Shown: positions 1 through 11,589 of the stretch, piece after piece
Layout of the letters: every line of letters starts with the position of its first letter
Numbering within the stretch: the stretch's first letter is position 1
Origin: Pseudogymnoascus verrucosus
Lineage: Eukaryota
Reading direction: 5' to 3' (one strand)
Assembly: GCA_001662655.1 (NCBI GenBank)
Contig: KV460219.1
DNA length: 64,000 nt
Translations under genes and position numbers: made by a program
Notes under the pieces: generated by a model
The model's input: only the letters and a program-made list of their open reading frames with translations
Told to the model about the DNA's origin: nothing
The model's database searches: none

Positions 1-255
1 ATACGTGGCAAGCTACTCTGAGAGATCCCGATCACGAAGGAAGCGGGGTGCGTGGGATACGTGGGATGCCAAGCTCAACATACTGAGCATCCAATACTTC
101 TCGTAATATACTGAATCCTACTGCTGCATGTCAAATTCAGCCCTACGTATATAAAAGCCGATCACCCGTGACCGATCACCCCCCTTTCAATTCTAGCTTT
201 AGTATCGCCACTACCATCAACACCCTCACCCCCAATTCCACTCCCACCTACCAAA

Positions 256-600
256 ATGAAACTTACCACCACCCCCCTCTTCCTCACCCTCCTCGCCCTA
301 TCCATCCACCCCTCATCCGCAGCACCAGCAGCGGATTTCGAGTGGGAATGGGCCCTAGGCAACCCGTGCAAGACACCTGGTCAAGTGTGTTGCAGCGATT
401 ACCACTCCAAACTGTGCGTAACTGACCACTTTCCCCATCTTACAGAGTTACAGAAGGCTGATTATCTCCGGCGGGATAGGCTGAATCAAGACATGTATGT
501 TTGTGCTGGAAGCCCACCAAGATGGACGCTTCAGGCGACTTGTGGTCCGAAAACGTGGTGTTATGTCGATTATGGGAAGAATTGGGCTTGGTGTGGGTAG
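256..600 (+). CDS. Small secreted Cys-rich protein, copy 1 of tandem array (CBM19-like Cys pattern); exons 256-413, 480-600; 92 aa
   Basis: Signal peptide MKLTTTPLFLTLLALSIHPSSA; TATA (TATATAAA) near 148. In-frame 66-nt intron 414-479 (GTGCGT..GCTGAT..GATAG) at the same position as in the three paralogs. Exon 2 encodes YVCAGSPPRWTLQATCGPKTWCYVDYGKNWAWCG. Confidence 0.85.
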   Translation: MKLTTTPLFLTLLALSIHPSSAAPAADFEWEWALGNPCKTPGQVCCSDYHSKLCVTDHFPHLTELQKADYLRRDRLNQDMYVCAGSPPRWTLQATCGPKTWCYVDYGKNWAWCG

Positions 601-878
601 ATGTTGAGATGATGGGAGGGGGGAGGTCTTGAAGGATGCGAAGGATGCGAGGTGCGTGGATGACAGGTTCAACAGAGATATAGTAATTCCAAAGCTTCCC
701 GTCATTGTATCACGTCCTTCTGCTTCTCGTCAAACGCAGCCTTGGGTATAAAGATAGTCAGTCAACCGTAGTCAATTAGCACTTTTTGGATCATTCCTTT
801 TTGGATTCCAGCTCTAAGACCACCATCACCATCATCGTCGATAACCTCACTCCTCCCTCCCTCCCTCACCTCCCAAAA

Positions 879-1192
879 ATGAAGCTCACCACCACCTCCC
901 TCCTCCTAACCATCCTAACCATCTCCACTCCATCTGCCAGCCAATGGATAACCGAGGGCAGTCTCTGCTCCCCCGCTGCTAAAGTTGCATACAGCTACTT
1001 AAATGCGTGCGTAATCCCCTACCATGTTGTTTCTACCTCCTACAGCAGATGACTTATTCCTAGCTGGATAGACCTCAATCGCAGATATATGTTTGTGCTG
1101 GAAGTCCCACGGTGTGGCAGTTCCAGGCTGATTGCCCGGGTGGAAAGGAGTGTTATTTGGATGAGAGCAAGAACTGGGCTTGGTGTGCTTAA
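879..1192 (+). CDS. Small secreted Cys-rich protein, copy 2; exons 879-1006, 1072-1192; 82 aa
   Basis: MKLTTTSLLLTILTISTPSAS signal; intron GTGCGT(1007)..GATAG(1071); 121-nt exon 2 reads PQSQIYVCAGSPTVWQFQADCPGGKECYLDESKNWAWCA*. The second conserved Cys is Tyr (TAC). Confidence 0.8.
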
Positions 1193-1606
1193 TGGTGAGG
1201 TGGTGGAGGGGGCGGGGGGGCGGGGAGGCTGAAAATGTAGGATAAGCGGTATGTGGTGTGGGGGCTTGAAAGATATGTCGTGAAATGAGGATGCCGGAAT
1301 GCCACTCGGGCTATAGTCATGCTGTATCTTCCGCTCTACTTCATTTTATTCTATGATACTACATTCTATCGTATTGCGCTCTACACTAATATATGTCTCA
1401 TATGATATGGTATTAGACTCTACTATAATACATATTATCTAACATGATCCTGTATTTGGGCTTCTCACATTCTGTCCGGAGCATAAATAATCAGTCATCT
1501 TCTCTCTAATTCCGAAGATCCCCATCATCACCATCAGCCTCTACTCGAATATAACATCAATCGTTCCATAAACCACTCATCACGTAAGTCCAATTCAACG
1601 AACAAA

Positions 1607-1918
1607 ATAAAGCCCATTGCCGCCTCCTTATTCCTCACCATAGCCAGTCTAGCTACCGCCGCACCAGGGCCATTAGCTCCACCAGCCATGGGCGAGCGAT
1701 GCCCCAAATATAAAGACGTTACATGCGGCGTTAGTAATGAGTCTGTATTCCTAGATCCTCTTGTGATGTGACAGGTGGCCAATTACAAGGTGTATAGTGG
1801 CTTCGACCAAGTATATGTCTGCTCTGGAAATCCCCGGGTATGGAAATTTAGGGAGCATTGCTATCGGGGCATGGTGTGCAAATATGATGCTAGTATGAAC
1901 CGTGCTTGGGGTGAGTAG
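1607..1918 (+). pseudogene. Small secreted Cys-rich protein, copy 3, probable pseudogene; exons 1607-1740, 1798-1918
   Basis: Start position reads ATA in the context ACAAA-ATA-AAG, followed by the signal-like KPIAASLFLTIASLATAAP. Intron GTCTGT(1741)..TATAG(1797). 121-nt exon 2 GFDQVYVCSGNPRVWKFREHCYRGMVCKYDASMNRAWGE*, with the final Cys replaced by Gly. Confidence 0.7.
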
Positions 1919-2322
1919 TGTTGAGGTGAAAACGAAGGGGGGTTGATCTTGTGAGATGTAGCGTATCTGCAATAATTAGTTAGACGGAGTTATCATATCC
2001 TACTCTGATACATGTCTTGAATCCTACTGTATTATATTGCACGTTTTGCATTCTACTCTAATAGGTCTCAGATCCTATTATAATACATGTCCTCTTGTCC
2101 TACTACATCGTATTCTACAGTAATTCATGTCTCTCGTCCCCCTATATTACTATAGCTTGGAACTCTGCTCAGAGTATAAAGTACAAGTATAAAGAATGGA
2201 CCATTCCCTCTTCGATTTAGCTTAAGATCACCATTATTATAATTATCATATTAGTCCCAAACCAAACACAACAGCCAATCGTTATACATTATCAATTACT
2301 TAACCCCCATTCCACCAACACA

Positions 2323-2644
2323 ATGAAACTCACCATCGCCTCCATACTCCTTACTCTCTACGGCATAGCTCTCGGCGCACCACAGCCGAAAAACATAGAT
2401 GGTTCGCCAGGCGTAGGAGACTGGTGTCCTATGACTAATAGAATTACTTGTGGCTTTGACGCAATGTCCGTAATCCCATACTCCCTTGTGACGGAACAGA
2501 TCGCTGACTATTAGGTGGGATAGAACCGAGAACGACGTATGGGTCTGTGCTGGAAACCCCCGAGTATGGACGTATCAGACTAGCTGTCCCAAAGGCACAA
2601 CGTGCCAGTGGGACTTTTTTAAAAATTGGGCTTGGTGTGCTTAG
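2323..2644 (+). CDS. Small secreted Cys-rich protein, copy 4; exons 2323-2465, 2524-2644; 87 aa
   Basis: MKLTIASILLTLYGIALGAP signal; intron GTCCGT(2466)..GCTGAC..GATAG(2523); 121-nt exon 2 TENDVWVCAGNPRVWTYQTSCPKGTTCQWDFFKNWAWCA*; all six Cys present. Confidence 0.85.
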
Positions 2645-3083
2645 GTTTATGGAGATTTGCTGGAGAAGTTGGCTGGGATGGAGTGGGATGGTCCTATTCT
2701 GGGTAGCTGTGAGCAGGACTTACGGGAGCTAACTACGAGGGAATAAATTGCAGATGGAGTAGAGTATGGTGTAGACGTTAGGTCTATTATCTATAACGTA
2801 CGGCGTGTAGATGGCACATGACAAACACATTCGTTTATAAAAAGCCAAAGATCTAATTTCTAAAACAAAATGCATGCCTTCTATTGAACCCCTAATCCGT
2901 CTATATATTTATACTTCATTCCCAAAAGATCGCCCGTGATAAAAATAAAACAAAGGAAACACACAACTTACCCGCAATATCCTTGATATATCCTTGATAA
3001 CAAAAGAAAAAGCACTCACTTACCACGGTCCTTGCTAATTCGCACTCGGTACGGATAGCGGCCTAACTTTTTGGCCAAATAAC

Positions 3084-4475
3084 TCATGCTTGGTTGCCAC
3101 CTCCTTGATTGCCACCTCCTCGGCCGGTGCTCTGCGAATTATACGGATAGGTTGTTTTTGGCCTGTTCGTTACTGTTCTAATCGGTAGCCCTCCATGGTG
3201 TTGACCCCCTTGCTGTTGACCTCCTTGCTGTGGACCTCCTTGCTGTGGACCTCCTTGCCGTTGACCTCCTAGCACACCTCCTGGTATAAGCGGTATCCCG
3301 CCTATATGCGGTACGCCAGGCGATGGCGGTGACGCAGGCGGAATATAAGGCGGAGATAGCGTCTCGCCCGGGTCACTTAGACTGCTCGAACTACCCTCTC
3401 TCTCATCCACAAACGTCGGAATGCCCCTTAACACATACATCCGCCTGCAAAAAGGGCAATTGCGATTATACAGCCACATCAAAATACACCCATAATGGAA
3501 CAGATGACCACATGGTAGGCGACGGACATCCTCACCCTCGTCGCCCTCCGCGCCGAAGTCTATCATACAGATGGAGCACGAGGCTCCCACAGGTACTGGA
3601 CCCGCGCGCACTAGCAGACCCGTCTCATCGCCCGGAACATCGGGGACGTAGTACAATGCTGGCCTGTGCCCCAGCTCGCGTGCCCTATTGTTGCGCCAGG
3701 CGAGCCGAGCAAACCACTGTGCGCGCGTAAGTGTTGAGTATCCCCGCGGGAGACGCGCGACCCAACCTTCGAACCCACCACCGTCCCTTTCATCAACATC
3801 GAACTCGACTCTATCATCGTCATCATCAGGGAGGGGGGGTAGGACGGGAGGGGGTCCGGGATCCTCGTCTTCGTCTTCGTCTTCATCTTCATCTTCATCT
3901 TCATCTTCATCTTCCTCTTCGTCTGAGAAGGGCATTTCGTCCATTTCAGCAGCGGCCATCTCAGCGAGGATCTCCTGGCCTAGTATGTCGGGGTTTTCGA
4001 ATAGCTCCTCTGGGTCCTCGAGCTCCTGCAGAGCCAAGTTGCCATCCTGACCCGCATCGCTGACGAGCTGGAAAAAATTGTCACGACTCGAGTTCGCGCG
4101 AGCACCCCATTCGCTATTGCTGCGATTGAGCTCATCTTCGGTAGGGGGCGGTTCAGCGCGGCCGCGGCGCTGACAGTCCGGACATAGATATTCGGTGTAG
4201 ACGACATACTCAGGCGGGTAGCGGCACGCTCCAGGGTTGCAGACGCCGGTTGGATTCATCGGATGGTGGCAGCGATTAAAATTGACGATGTGCGTGCAGA
4301 GGGCATAGTATATTCGGCGCTGTTCGCACCAGCGAAAGATGGGAGCGACTTCCTCGACGAAGGCTATGTGAGTCAGGAAGGGGGCAAAAGGGGAGATGAA
4401 TCTCTCATCTGGGGACGTCTGGTAGGGACCGTCTGGAACAGAAGCGGGATCCGACCCAGAAGAGGGATCAGCCAT
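3084..4475 (-). CDS. RING-H2 finger protein (putative E3 ligase) with N-terminal Cys/His cluster, acidic tract and G/Q-rich tail
   Basis: [29 protein letters not shown] is a RING-H2. N-terminal CEQ..YALCTH..CPDC. Poly-(ED) tract. The 3' end may be spliced further. Confidence 0.8.
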   Translation of the reverse strand: MADPSSGSDPASVPDGPYQTSPDERFISPFAPFLTHIAFVEEVAPIFRWCEQRRIYYALCTHIVNFNRCHHPMNPTGVCNPGACRYPPEYVVYTEYLCPDCQRRGRAEPPPTEDELNRSNSEWGARANSSRDNFFQLVSDAGQDGNLALQELEDPEELFENPDILGQEILAEMAAAEMDEMPFSDEEEDEDEDEDEDEDEDEDEDPGPPPVLPPLPDDDDDRVEFDVDERDGGGFEGWVARLPRGYSTLTRAQWFARLAWRNNRARELGHRPALYYVPDVPGDETGLLVRAGPVPVGASCSICMIDFGAEGDEGEDVRRLPCGHLFHYGCILMWLYNRNCPFCRRMYVLRGIPTFVDEREGSSSSLSDPGETLSPPYIPPASPPSPGVPHIGGIPLIPGGVLGGQRQGGPQQGGPQQGGQQQGGQHHGGLPIRTVTNRPKTTYPYNSQSTGRGGGNQGGGNQA

Positions 4476-5166
4476 CTTGGACAGGGATGTTTGTTGTCTT
4501 ACCTATGTTATTTGCTTCGCTGTTGTTGTTGGTGGTGTTGTGGACTGCTCTTGTGTCCACGAATAGACAGTTGCGAGGATGCTTGTGATCTGAAGAGCAA
4601 TTATCCAGGTCCTGCATGTGCATTATATACTCATAGAGTGGATAATAGTCAAGGGATCTATTCATCGCTCGGGGAGCTGAAACGGATATTAGTCTCTGAT
4701 GTCTTTCCATTGTTGTTCATTGTTCCTCAAATAATTCGAGTCACTGAACAAAGGCTTCATTGTTTCAGGAGTACTGCGGACTAGACGGGTAGTGGCGAGG
4801 ACCGTGGCTGAGCTCCATATTGTTTGTGATACGGACAATGGCTCTAAGACTCAATGGTTTGGGATTGAAGTCGTGACAAGGAGCTTAGAATGGGGAAAAT
4901 GAATGGGTGTTTTGAATGTGAATTGCCTTTGTTGGGATTTCTTGATGGGAGTTTCAAAGGAAGGGTGAATGTATTGAAGCTTTGTTTGCTTCCTTTGATA
5001 TTTCCGATGCTGTCAGTTATACTACACATAAGACGATAGCACACACAAAGAGTCACATGAAACCAGCACATATCTGTCCATGGTGCATCCCCGGTGGGAT
5101 ATAGCACACACAAAAATGAATTTAAGCAAAAAGAATATACTCCACTCATTACAAGGCCGTATATTG

Positions 5167-6384
5167 TTATGGCTTGTCCATCCATACCTTGCCTAGGAAG
5201 TCTTCCATCTGAGTGAACTTATATTCTGGCAGGATTCGATTAAACTCATCTGACACATCCCATGCTCCCTTTGCACCGCTCAGGAGCGTACTTATGAGAA
5301 CAGATTTTAAAGCTTCTGCAGCTTGGTCCTCGGAGACGCTTGGGTGCCTTGTTTCAAGTGTCCATGAGGTTTTAAGCTTCCCAGCTTCGAGGTCTTCAAG
5401 TTTCACGGTGTCGATGGCAAAGGGGCGGCCTGTTAACTTCAGTCAGTGACCAATTAATATTTTCCGATGTAAGAAAATTAAAGCGTACCTCGAACTCTTT
5501 CGCCAATCTTGAGAATCTGTGAGACGGTAACTCTGTTGCCACTAACGCCACCAATAACAGGCCATTCGCCAACGTAATCGACGGCCTCAGTAACAACTGT
5601 GGCAAGGTCCTGTACTGTGGTGAAGGTCATGACAAAATCATGGCCCTCAACAACAATTGCACGCTGTTTCTCAAAGTCGAACATCGTATTGAGCGGAACC
5701 ACGTGTTTGGCGGTTCTGTGTGGAAATGCCAGATAGTTCAGGAAAAGGCCGGGTTGAGAGGCAATATTCGAGAACCTACAGAGGCAGCGTCAGAAAAAAC
5801 AATAGCGGGTGGCGTAGATGCTTACTTTTCCATTCTCGTTCACTTTTCGTAGATATTCCCTTATCTCCCCCTTTGATGCCCAAAAAGGGATGTCTTTAAT
5901 CTCTGCGCTTAGGAGTTGTTAGATGTCGCCCCTACACTATTTATCCCCAGCTTACTCACCTCCCCCACTCGCTCGGCGCAAAACGTTTGACTCCGGCGAG
6001 GATGGAAGCGTCTATCAGATTCTTCTGAGAGTTGTTTTCCGGATCTGAAAGGAGCTGGATAAACGATAAGACGGTATGGACCCCACGCAGTGCCTCAGCC
6101 AGGTCAGGTTTGTCATCGTAATTCACAGCACGCACTGTTACTCCAGGTGCGCTGCTTAGGGCAGAGACCTGATAATATATGTTAGTAATAGAAGGACTTG
6201 ACATGATCTCGGAAGAGCATTACATTGCGGCTTAGGATGAATATATCATGCTTCTTCACTGCTACTAAGGCGGCTATGATTTCCTGGGCAACTTCTGTAG
6301 GTAAATGTCAGCGGGATTTGCAAATGAAATTTGGATATGGTGGAATGCACGCCCTGTGCCACCAGCGACTGCAATTTTAACCAT
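5167..6384 (-). CDS. NmrA-like NAD(P)-binding protein (multi-exon)
   Basis: MVKIAVAGGTG Rossmann start at 6384; exons encode LRGVHTVLS, QKNLIDASILAGVKRFAPSEWG and TFTTVQDLA; stop at 5167. Confidence 0.85.
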
Positions 6385-6764
6385 GTTGATTTGTGGTTGT
6401 ATTTGTTTTTAATTTCTGAAATGTAGTATTTTTTTGAATTTAGATGTTGAAAAACGACAATTTAAAACTCCATGGCGTTGATATTTATACTTATTTATTT
6501 GTATGACTCCCATATACGAAATTACAGCAATCTGTTATTTATGTCCGGGATCACTGCAATCCCTCATCGCGGTTTCCTTGTAGTGAACGTTATATTCTGG
6601 ATGGTCGATCGGATAGTACGCTAACGCGGAGGGTCATCTCACCCTCCGAAAATCTCGGACGTCCGACCAAGACGGAATACTCCCCAGTTCCAGCTCCTTG
6701 GATATGCCTATTACTCCCAAAAATCTTGTTCCACTGATTCGACCAGCATAGTAGCTTTGTAACC

Positions 6765-9212
6765 ATGGCAGCGACTCCTACTTTTGCGAATGCACCCCTC
6801 GTGTCGCCACCGTCGATTTCGAGGGTAGAACGTAGAGAGCGCTCCCGGTCTCAGCATAGTCTTCGCCGAGACAAACCTCAACTCTCTTGTAATTTGTGTA
6901 GAAAGCGAAAGTAAGTATAGAATAAAGACACCCATATCCAACCACTCGGCGTCATGATATCGGACTAATTGTCAATGCCGCAGAGTGCGATGTGACCGCC
7001 AGATCCCATGCTCCACGTGTTCCAGAAGAGGCCTTTCTCGGTCTTGTATGTACAGCGGCGACGCACAAGAAAATATCGTTCCACAGTTAACAGGGACTAT
7101 GCATGAGCGAATTCACCAGCTTGAGAGCCTTGTAATTAGTCTCATGCGGCAGGATGCAACGATCCCAGCATCTACACAAGTTGGTGCATCGATATCCGAC
7201 CCCCCGAACGGCTCTCCGCATACCAATCATACTAGATCCGAGGGATCTAGATCACCTTCACCGCTACCAGTTTCAGTCTCGGGAGCAACTCCGAGTACGT
7301 TCACTATCTCCACCATCAGTGCGAAAGAAAATGCAAATACCTCATCAGTACCATTAGATGGCGGTTATATGAAGTATAATAATATAGGCGCGGGAAACTA
7401 TGTTGGTAGCTCCCATTGGGCAGCAGTTCTCAACTCGATTTCAGAGCTAAAGGGGAATGTTGAGGAAGAAGACATCCGTAGTATTGAGACACATCCACAA
7501 AATCCAGACTCTTCGAGTTCGCCAGGGCTTCTGTATGGCTGTCAACGGGCCACAAAAGCTGAGATACTATCTAGAATTCCTCCTCGACGAGCAGCAGACA
7601 GGCTTGTATCCAGGTATTTGACTCTAGATATCCCATCTGGTAGGTTTACTATTCTGAAATTTGAGATTTATGAAGCCGCCGTTACAGATAGGTGATTACT
7701 AACGGCACCTATAGGGATTTTTCATCGTGGCCAGTTTCTTACTGAAGTATGCTGCTTTTCCTTTGAAAACGTATGCCATAGTTGACACCGAATTGTAGTA
7801 TGATAATTTCTGGAAAGATCCATCTGGCACTCCAATTATGTGGATTTGTCTACTGTTCACCATCCTGTGTCTTGGGGAGCTCCATCAACACTCTCAAACG
7901 CCCACGAGCAACACCCCTCAAATACCAACGTTCGACAGCAGTCCTACTAGTTCTATGAACGTATTCAGAGAGAAAATTGTCCAGTGTCTCATGTTGGGTA
8001 AATATACCAAAGGAGGGCCCTACGTGATTGAGAGTTTGATACAGTACTCCATGATCGAACATTTCCTTCGCCGGGATGCGCAGTTCGAAATTTGGATCTT
8101 GCTTGGGATGCTTATTCCCATCGCTCTTCGCATGGGACTACACAGGGATCCCAAGCATTTTGGTGAGATACCTGTCTTTGCAGGTGAGATGCGGCGAAGA
8201 GTTTGGGCAACAATTTTTCAAATTGACGTTGGTTTCTCGGCGCTAGCCGGATTGCCTCGTATGATCAAACCACAACAGTGTGATACGGAGGAACCCCGTA
8301 ATCTGCTGGACTCCGACTTTGACGAGAAAACTTTGGAGCTTCCGAAGTCACGGCCGGAGTCAGAATCTACGCCAGTTTTGTTCCTTCTGGCGAAGAACAG
8401 AATAATCTCTGTTGGGGGCCTTATTAGTGACTTAGCACATGATATACGGCCTTATCCTTATACCGAACTGATGAGATTTGAGGAGTTGCTTCAGAATACT
8501 CGAGACTCCCTTCCGGAGAGTCTGCGATGGCAGCCGCTATCACAGTCGATTACAGAAAGCCCGCAGACTATTATGCAAAGGGTATACCTTGATATGTTTT
8601 TCTACAAAATGCAGATTATCTTGTACAAGAGATATTTATCGGCCTCAATGACGCAGCCTCAATATACCCATGCGCGAGAAGTTTGCTTGGATTCAGCAAT
8701 AAAGATTTTGGAGTATCAACACCTGGTTGATGAGGAGACGCAACTAGATGGTCGACTGTCCTCAATTGGATGGACATATTCTTTAATCCTCAACAACAAC
8801 TTTATGCTTGCCGCCAGCGTTCTATGCTTCTATATTAAGCAATACAGCGGATATGACAAGGATATTATTGATGAGGAGACATTTCAGAAGATCCAAGCAC
8901 TTTTGAGAAAGTCGCATGACATCTGGCTCCGCTCTAGCTCTGTATCGAATGAAGCCCAGAAGGCGGTTAAATCACTGGGTATAATTCTTGGAATTTGCTC
9001 TAGCGAGGATGGAGAAATTGCCAACCAATTGTTTGGAGACTCAGAAGACTTTTTTGCCCAATCAACAATCCAGCTGGTTGGCCTGTCTATCAAGGTGAGA
9101 AATCCGTCATCACTCTACCAAAATAGACTTCTGCTTATATGTTTAAGAACTTAACTCACCGCAGATTATTTACCATGCTCCAACCTGGCCGTCTTTTACA
9201 ACGATTGAATAA
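6765..9212 (+). CDS. Zn(II)2Cys6 transcription factor with fungal-specific TF domain (multi-exon)
   Basis: SCNLCRKRK | VRCDRQIPCSTCSRRG split by intron 6911-6983; YVGSSHWAAVL; ALRMGLHRDP..EMRRRVW; divergent from the NmrA-like gene. The last exon (9165-9212) is tentative. Confidence 0.9.
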
Positions 9213-9378
9213 GGGGCTCATATCATCCTTTCAAACACCAAATATAACAAACTCAGCTCACGCATTGTAACAAAAATTATATTTCTTAATAATTCTACTA
9301 TAAGTATAGAGAAAACGACAACCATTCATATTGGACGACAACGCCCCAGTTCAAAATGCCTGGCTCGTTTCATTTCCC

Positions 9379-9810
9379 CTATTTCTTTTCATCCGAAATT
9401 CCAGCCGTCTCTAGCCATACCTTGATCTCGCACCCGATCAAATGAGGGTGGTCCTCCTGTAAGTAGTGCTTTTCGTGGCCCACTGGTACACTCTTGACAT
9501 TCTTCAGATTCTCCGAATAGTACTTAGACAACTCCAGTGGTATGATTTTGCCAGGATCTGCCCAGAAGAAAAACTTTGGAATTTCATTCTCAAGCAGCCA
9601 GGAATTATAATTCTCCACAGCTTGGTAGACCTCTGCAGGGTTACCAGCAACGGGGAATATCTTGGCCATCTCGTAAATAGACTCGCGGTTTGCGGGATCA
9701 AGGAACGGCTTCCGATAATGGTCCAATTGTGCGGGAGACAGAGTGCGGATGACTTGATCTTGCATAAAGAGCTCTATAAAGACGTTGTCGTCGATGATGG
9801 CTTTGCGGAG
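9379..9810 (-). pseudogene. C-terminal half of a haloalkane dehalogenase-like alpha/beta hydrolase (DhaA/LinB subfamily), 5'-truncated
   Basis: LRKAIIDDNVFIELFMQDQVIRTLSPAQLDHYRKPFLDPANRE..PVAGNPA..IPKFFFWADPG..HYLQEDHPHLIG parallels the DhaA C-terminus. There is an in-frame stop upstream, and I found no HGNP/HDWG-coding exon before the next gene. Confidence 0.75.
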
Positions 9811-10240
9811 GTTAAGCTGTCAAACATATACTGTGCGCGCGTTTCCACCGCGAGCTTGTCTGTCATGTCATGGCGTGGGTGGGGGATGGACAGCGGAAGC
9901 TTTTTTAGTACACGAGCTTCTTTGCGACAGCGAACCGGGCCGACGACGCTAACAGGGTTATCCTCTATTTTTGACAGCCGGAAGGATCACTATGTGTCAC
10001 TATCACGTCCAATTGCCTTAAATGAGCCAATAGAAATGGAAAGCGAACAGCAAAGTCCAGATCCTCCCGAGGAGATCCTCCAGCTGAGGGAACAATTTCA
10101 ATTCTCTCGTATTGTACCTGCCCAAGCCGAAAGGCTGGTTTCGCTGTGCTCTCCTATTTCTACCACGCCAGACCCTTCGAGGCTGATAACCATGTTCTTT
10201 ATGGACGAATGTCGCCGTCGCCAAAGAGCAATCAGTCAAT

Positions 10241-11280
10241 ATGCTGTGCGATAGAGGTCTCCTACTCTCGGTGATCCTCGCCTACTTCCCATTAGCCATA
10301 TCACAGACATGCGTGTGGCAGGATGGCTCCACGGCCACAGGTTATGCCCCATGCATATCGGGAGCAACATCAGGCACATGCTGCCACTCCGGTGAAGCCT
10401 GTCTCGCATCTGGACTATGCTATGGCGCGCCTGGATTGATGTACCGCGGCGCCTGCGTCGACAGCTGGGACACACCCGACTGCCTGACGTTTTGCAAAGA
10501 GTGTAAGCAAGCGCATCTTGCGAACTTCCCCGAAACAACGCTGACTGGCGCGCCGCGATAGACCTGCCGTACTGGGCCAACATCTACCCGTGCACCGATG
10601 GGGTTGGAGCGGACAACCCCAAAAATTTCTGGTGCGGCAGTCCTCTGCTGAAAACATGTAGTGCGGACGAGGGCAAGCTCTTCAAGATCAGCCCCGGCGT
10701 GGCCGTGAAAATATTACCCAGATCCTCGACAACTACGGAGTCATCCTCGCAGACCACGTCGTCCTTGCCAACCTCGACCCCCTCGGCGTCCGACACGGGG
10801 TCATCGCCGGACCCTACATCATCCGACCCAGGAGCTACAACTCCCACCGATGGGGTTTGCTCAGACAAGACCACCTCAGATAAGACCCAGTGCTCGGGCG
10901 CCACAGAAGCCGAGAAAATCCACTTCGCCAACTCTATCACAGCGGTGGGAGCCGGCGTAGGAGTCCCGCTCGGCGTCCTCGCCCTAGCGTTTTTGGGGCT
11001 TTTCATGAACGAGCGACGCCTGCGCAAGAAACTGACGAAGCCCGCCGATGTGGGCGGCGCGAGCGTTGCATATGGGCCGGTTAATAACACATACCAAGGC
11101 CCAGATTACGGCGGCCAGGGACAGGGCCAGGGACAGGGCCATGTACAAAGTCAAGAACAAGTGCAATATATATATAAATCCGAGAACGAGATGTCTGCGA
11201 ACCCAGATCCGGCACATGAGATGACAGGGGGTCATCACCGTCCTGTTCATGAGCTTGGGGGTCAAAATTACCCAATGTAG
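10241..11280 (+). CDS. Single-pass cell-surface protein: signal peptide, Cys-rich domain, Ser/Thr-rich stalk, TM helix (Mid2-like architecture); intron 10503-10561
   Basis: CCHSGEACLASGLCY..YRGACVDSWDTPDC; GTAAGC..CTGAC..TAG intron joins the two ORFs; TM VGAGVGVPLGVLALAFLGLFM followed by RRLRKK. Confidence 0.8.
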
Positions 11281-11589
11281 TTTTGTGTTGATATATAGCC
11301 TATTAATTAGTGTTAATTATTAGTTTGAATGGCCATCCTGATACAGTCCGATGTTCTCATGCCGCCCAAAATCCGAATTTAGACTATCTGTTGGAAATAA
11401 TACCAGGATATAAGCTTACTAGAATAATTATTTTTACTATTTTTGAGTAAAACCCTTAGACAACCGCTCTAGAGGGCGGTTGTGAACATAAGCATTAATA
11501 GGCCAGCTTACTAAATTCAACCTCCGTATCCTATGTGACAGGGGGCACTACTACACAACAACTTCCACCTACTCTTAGCCAGAAGACAC

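Noticed and set aside
256..600. Unspliced 114-aa ORF
   Set aside because: Bases 414-479 have donor, branch and acceptor signals at the position where paralogs have frame-breaking introns, so the read-through is a 3n intron.
9466..10254. 262-aa plus-strand ORF
   Set aside because: Antisense to the dehalogenase fragment, with no recognisable motif.
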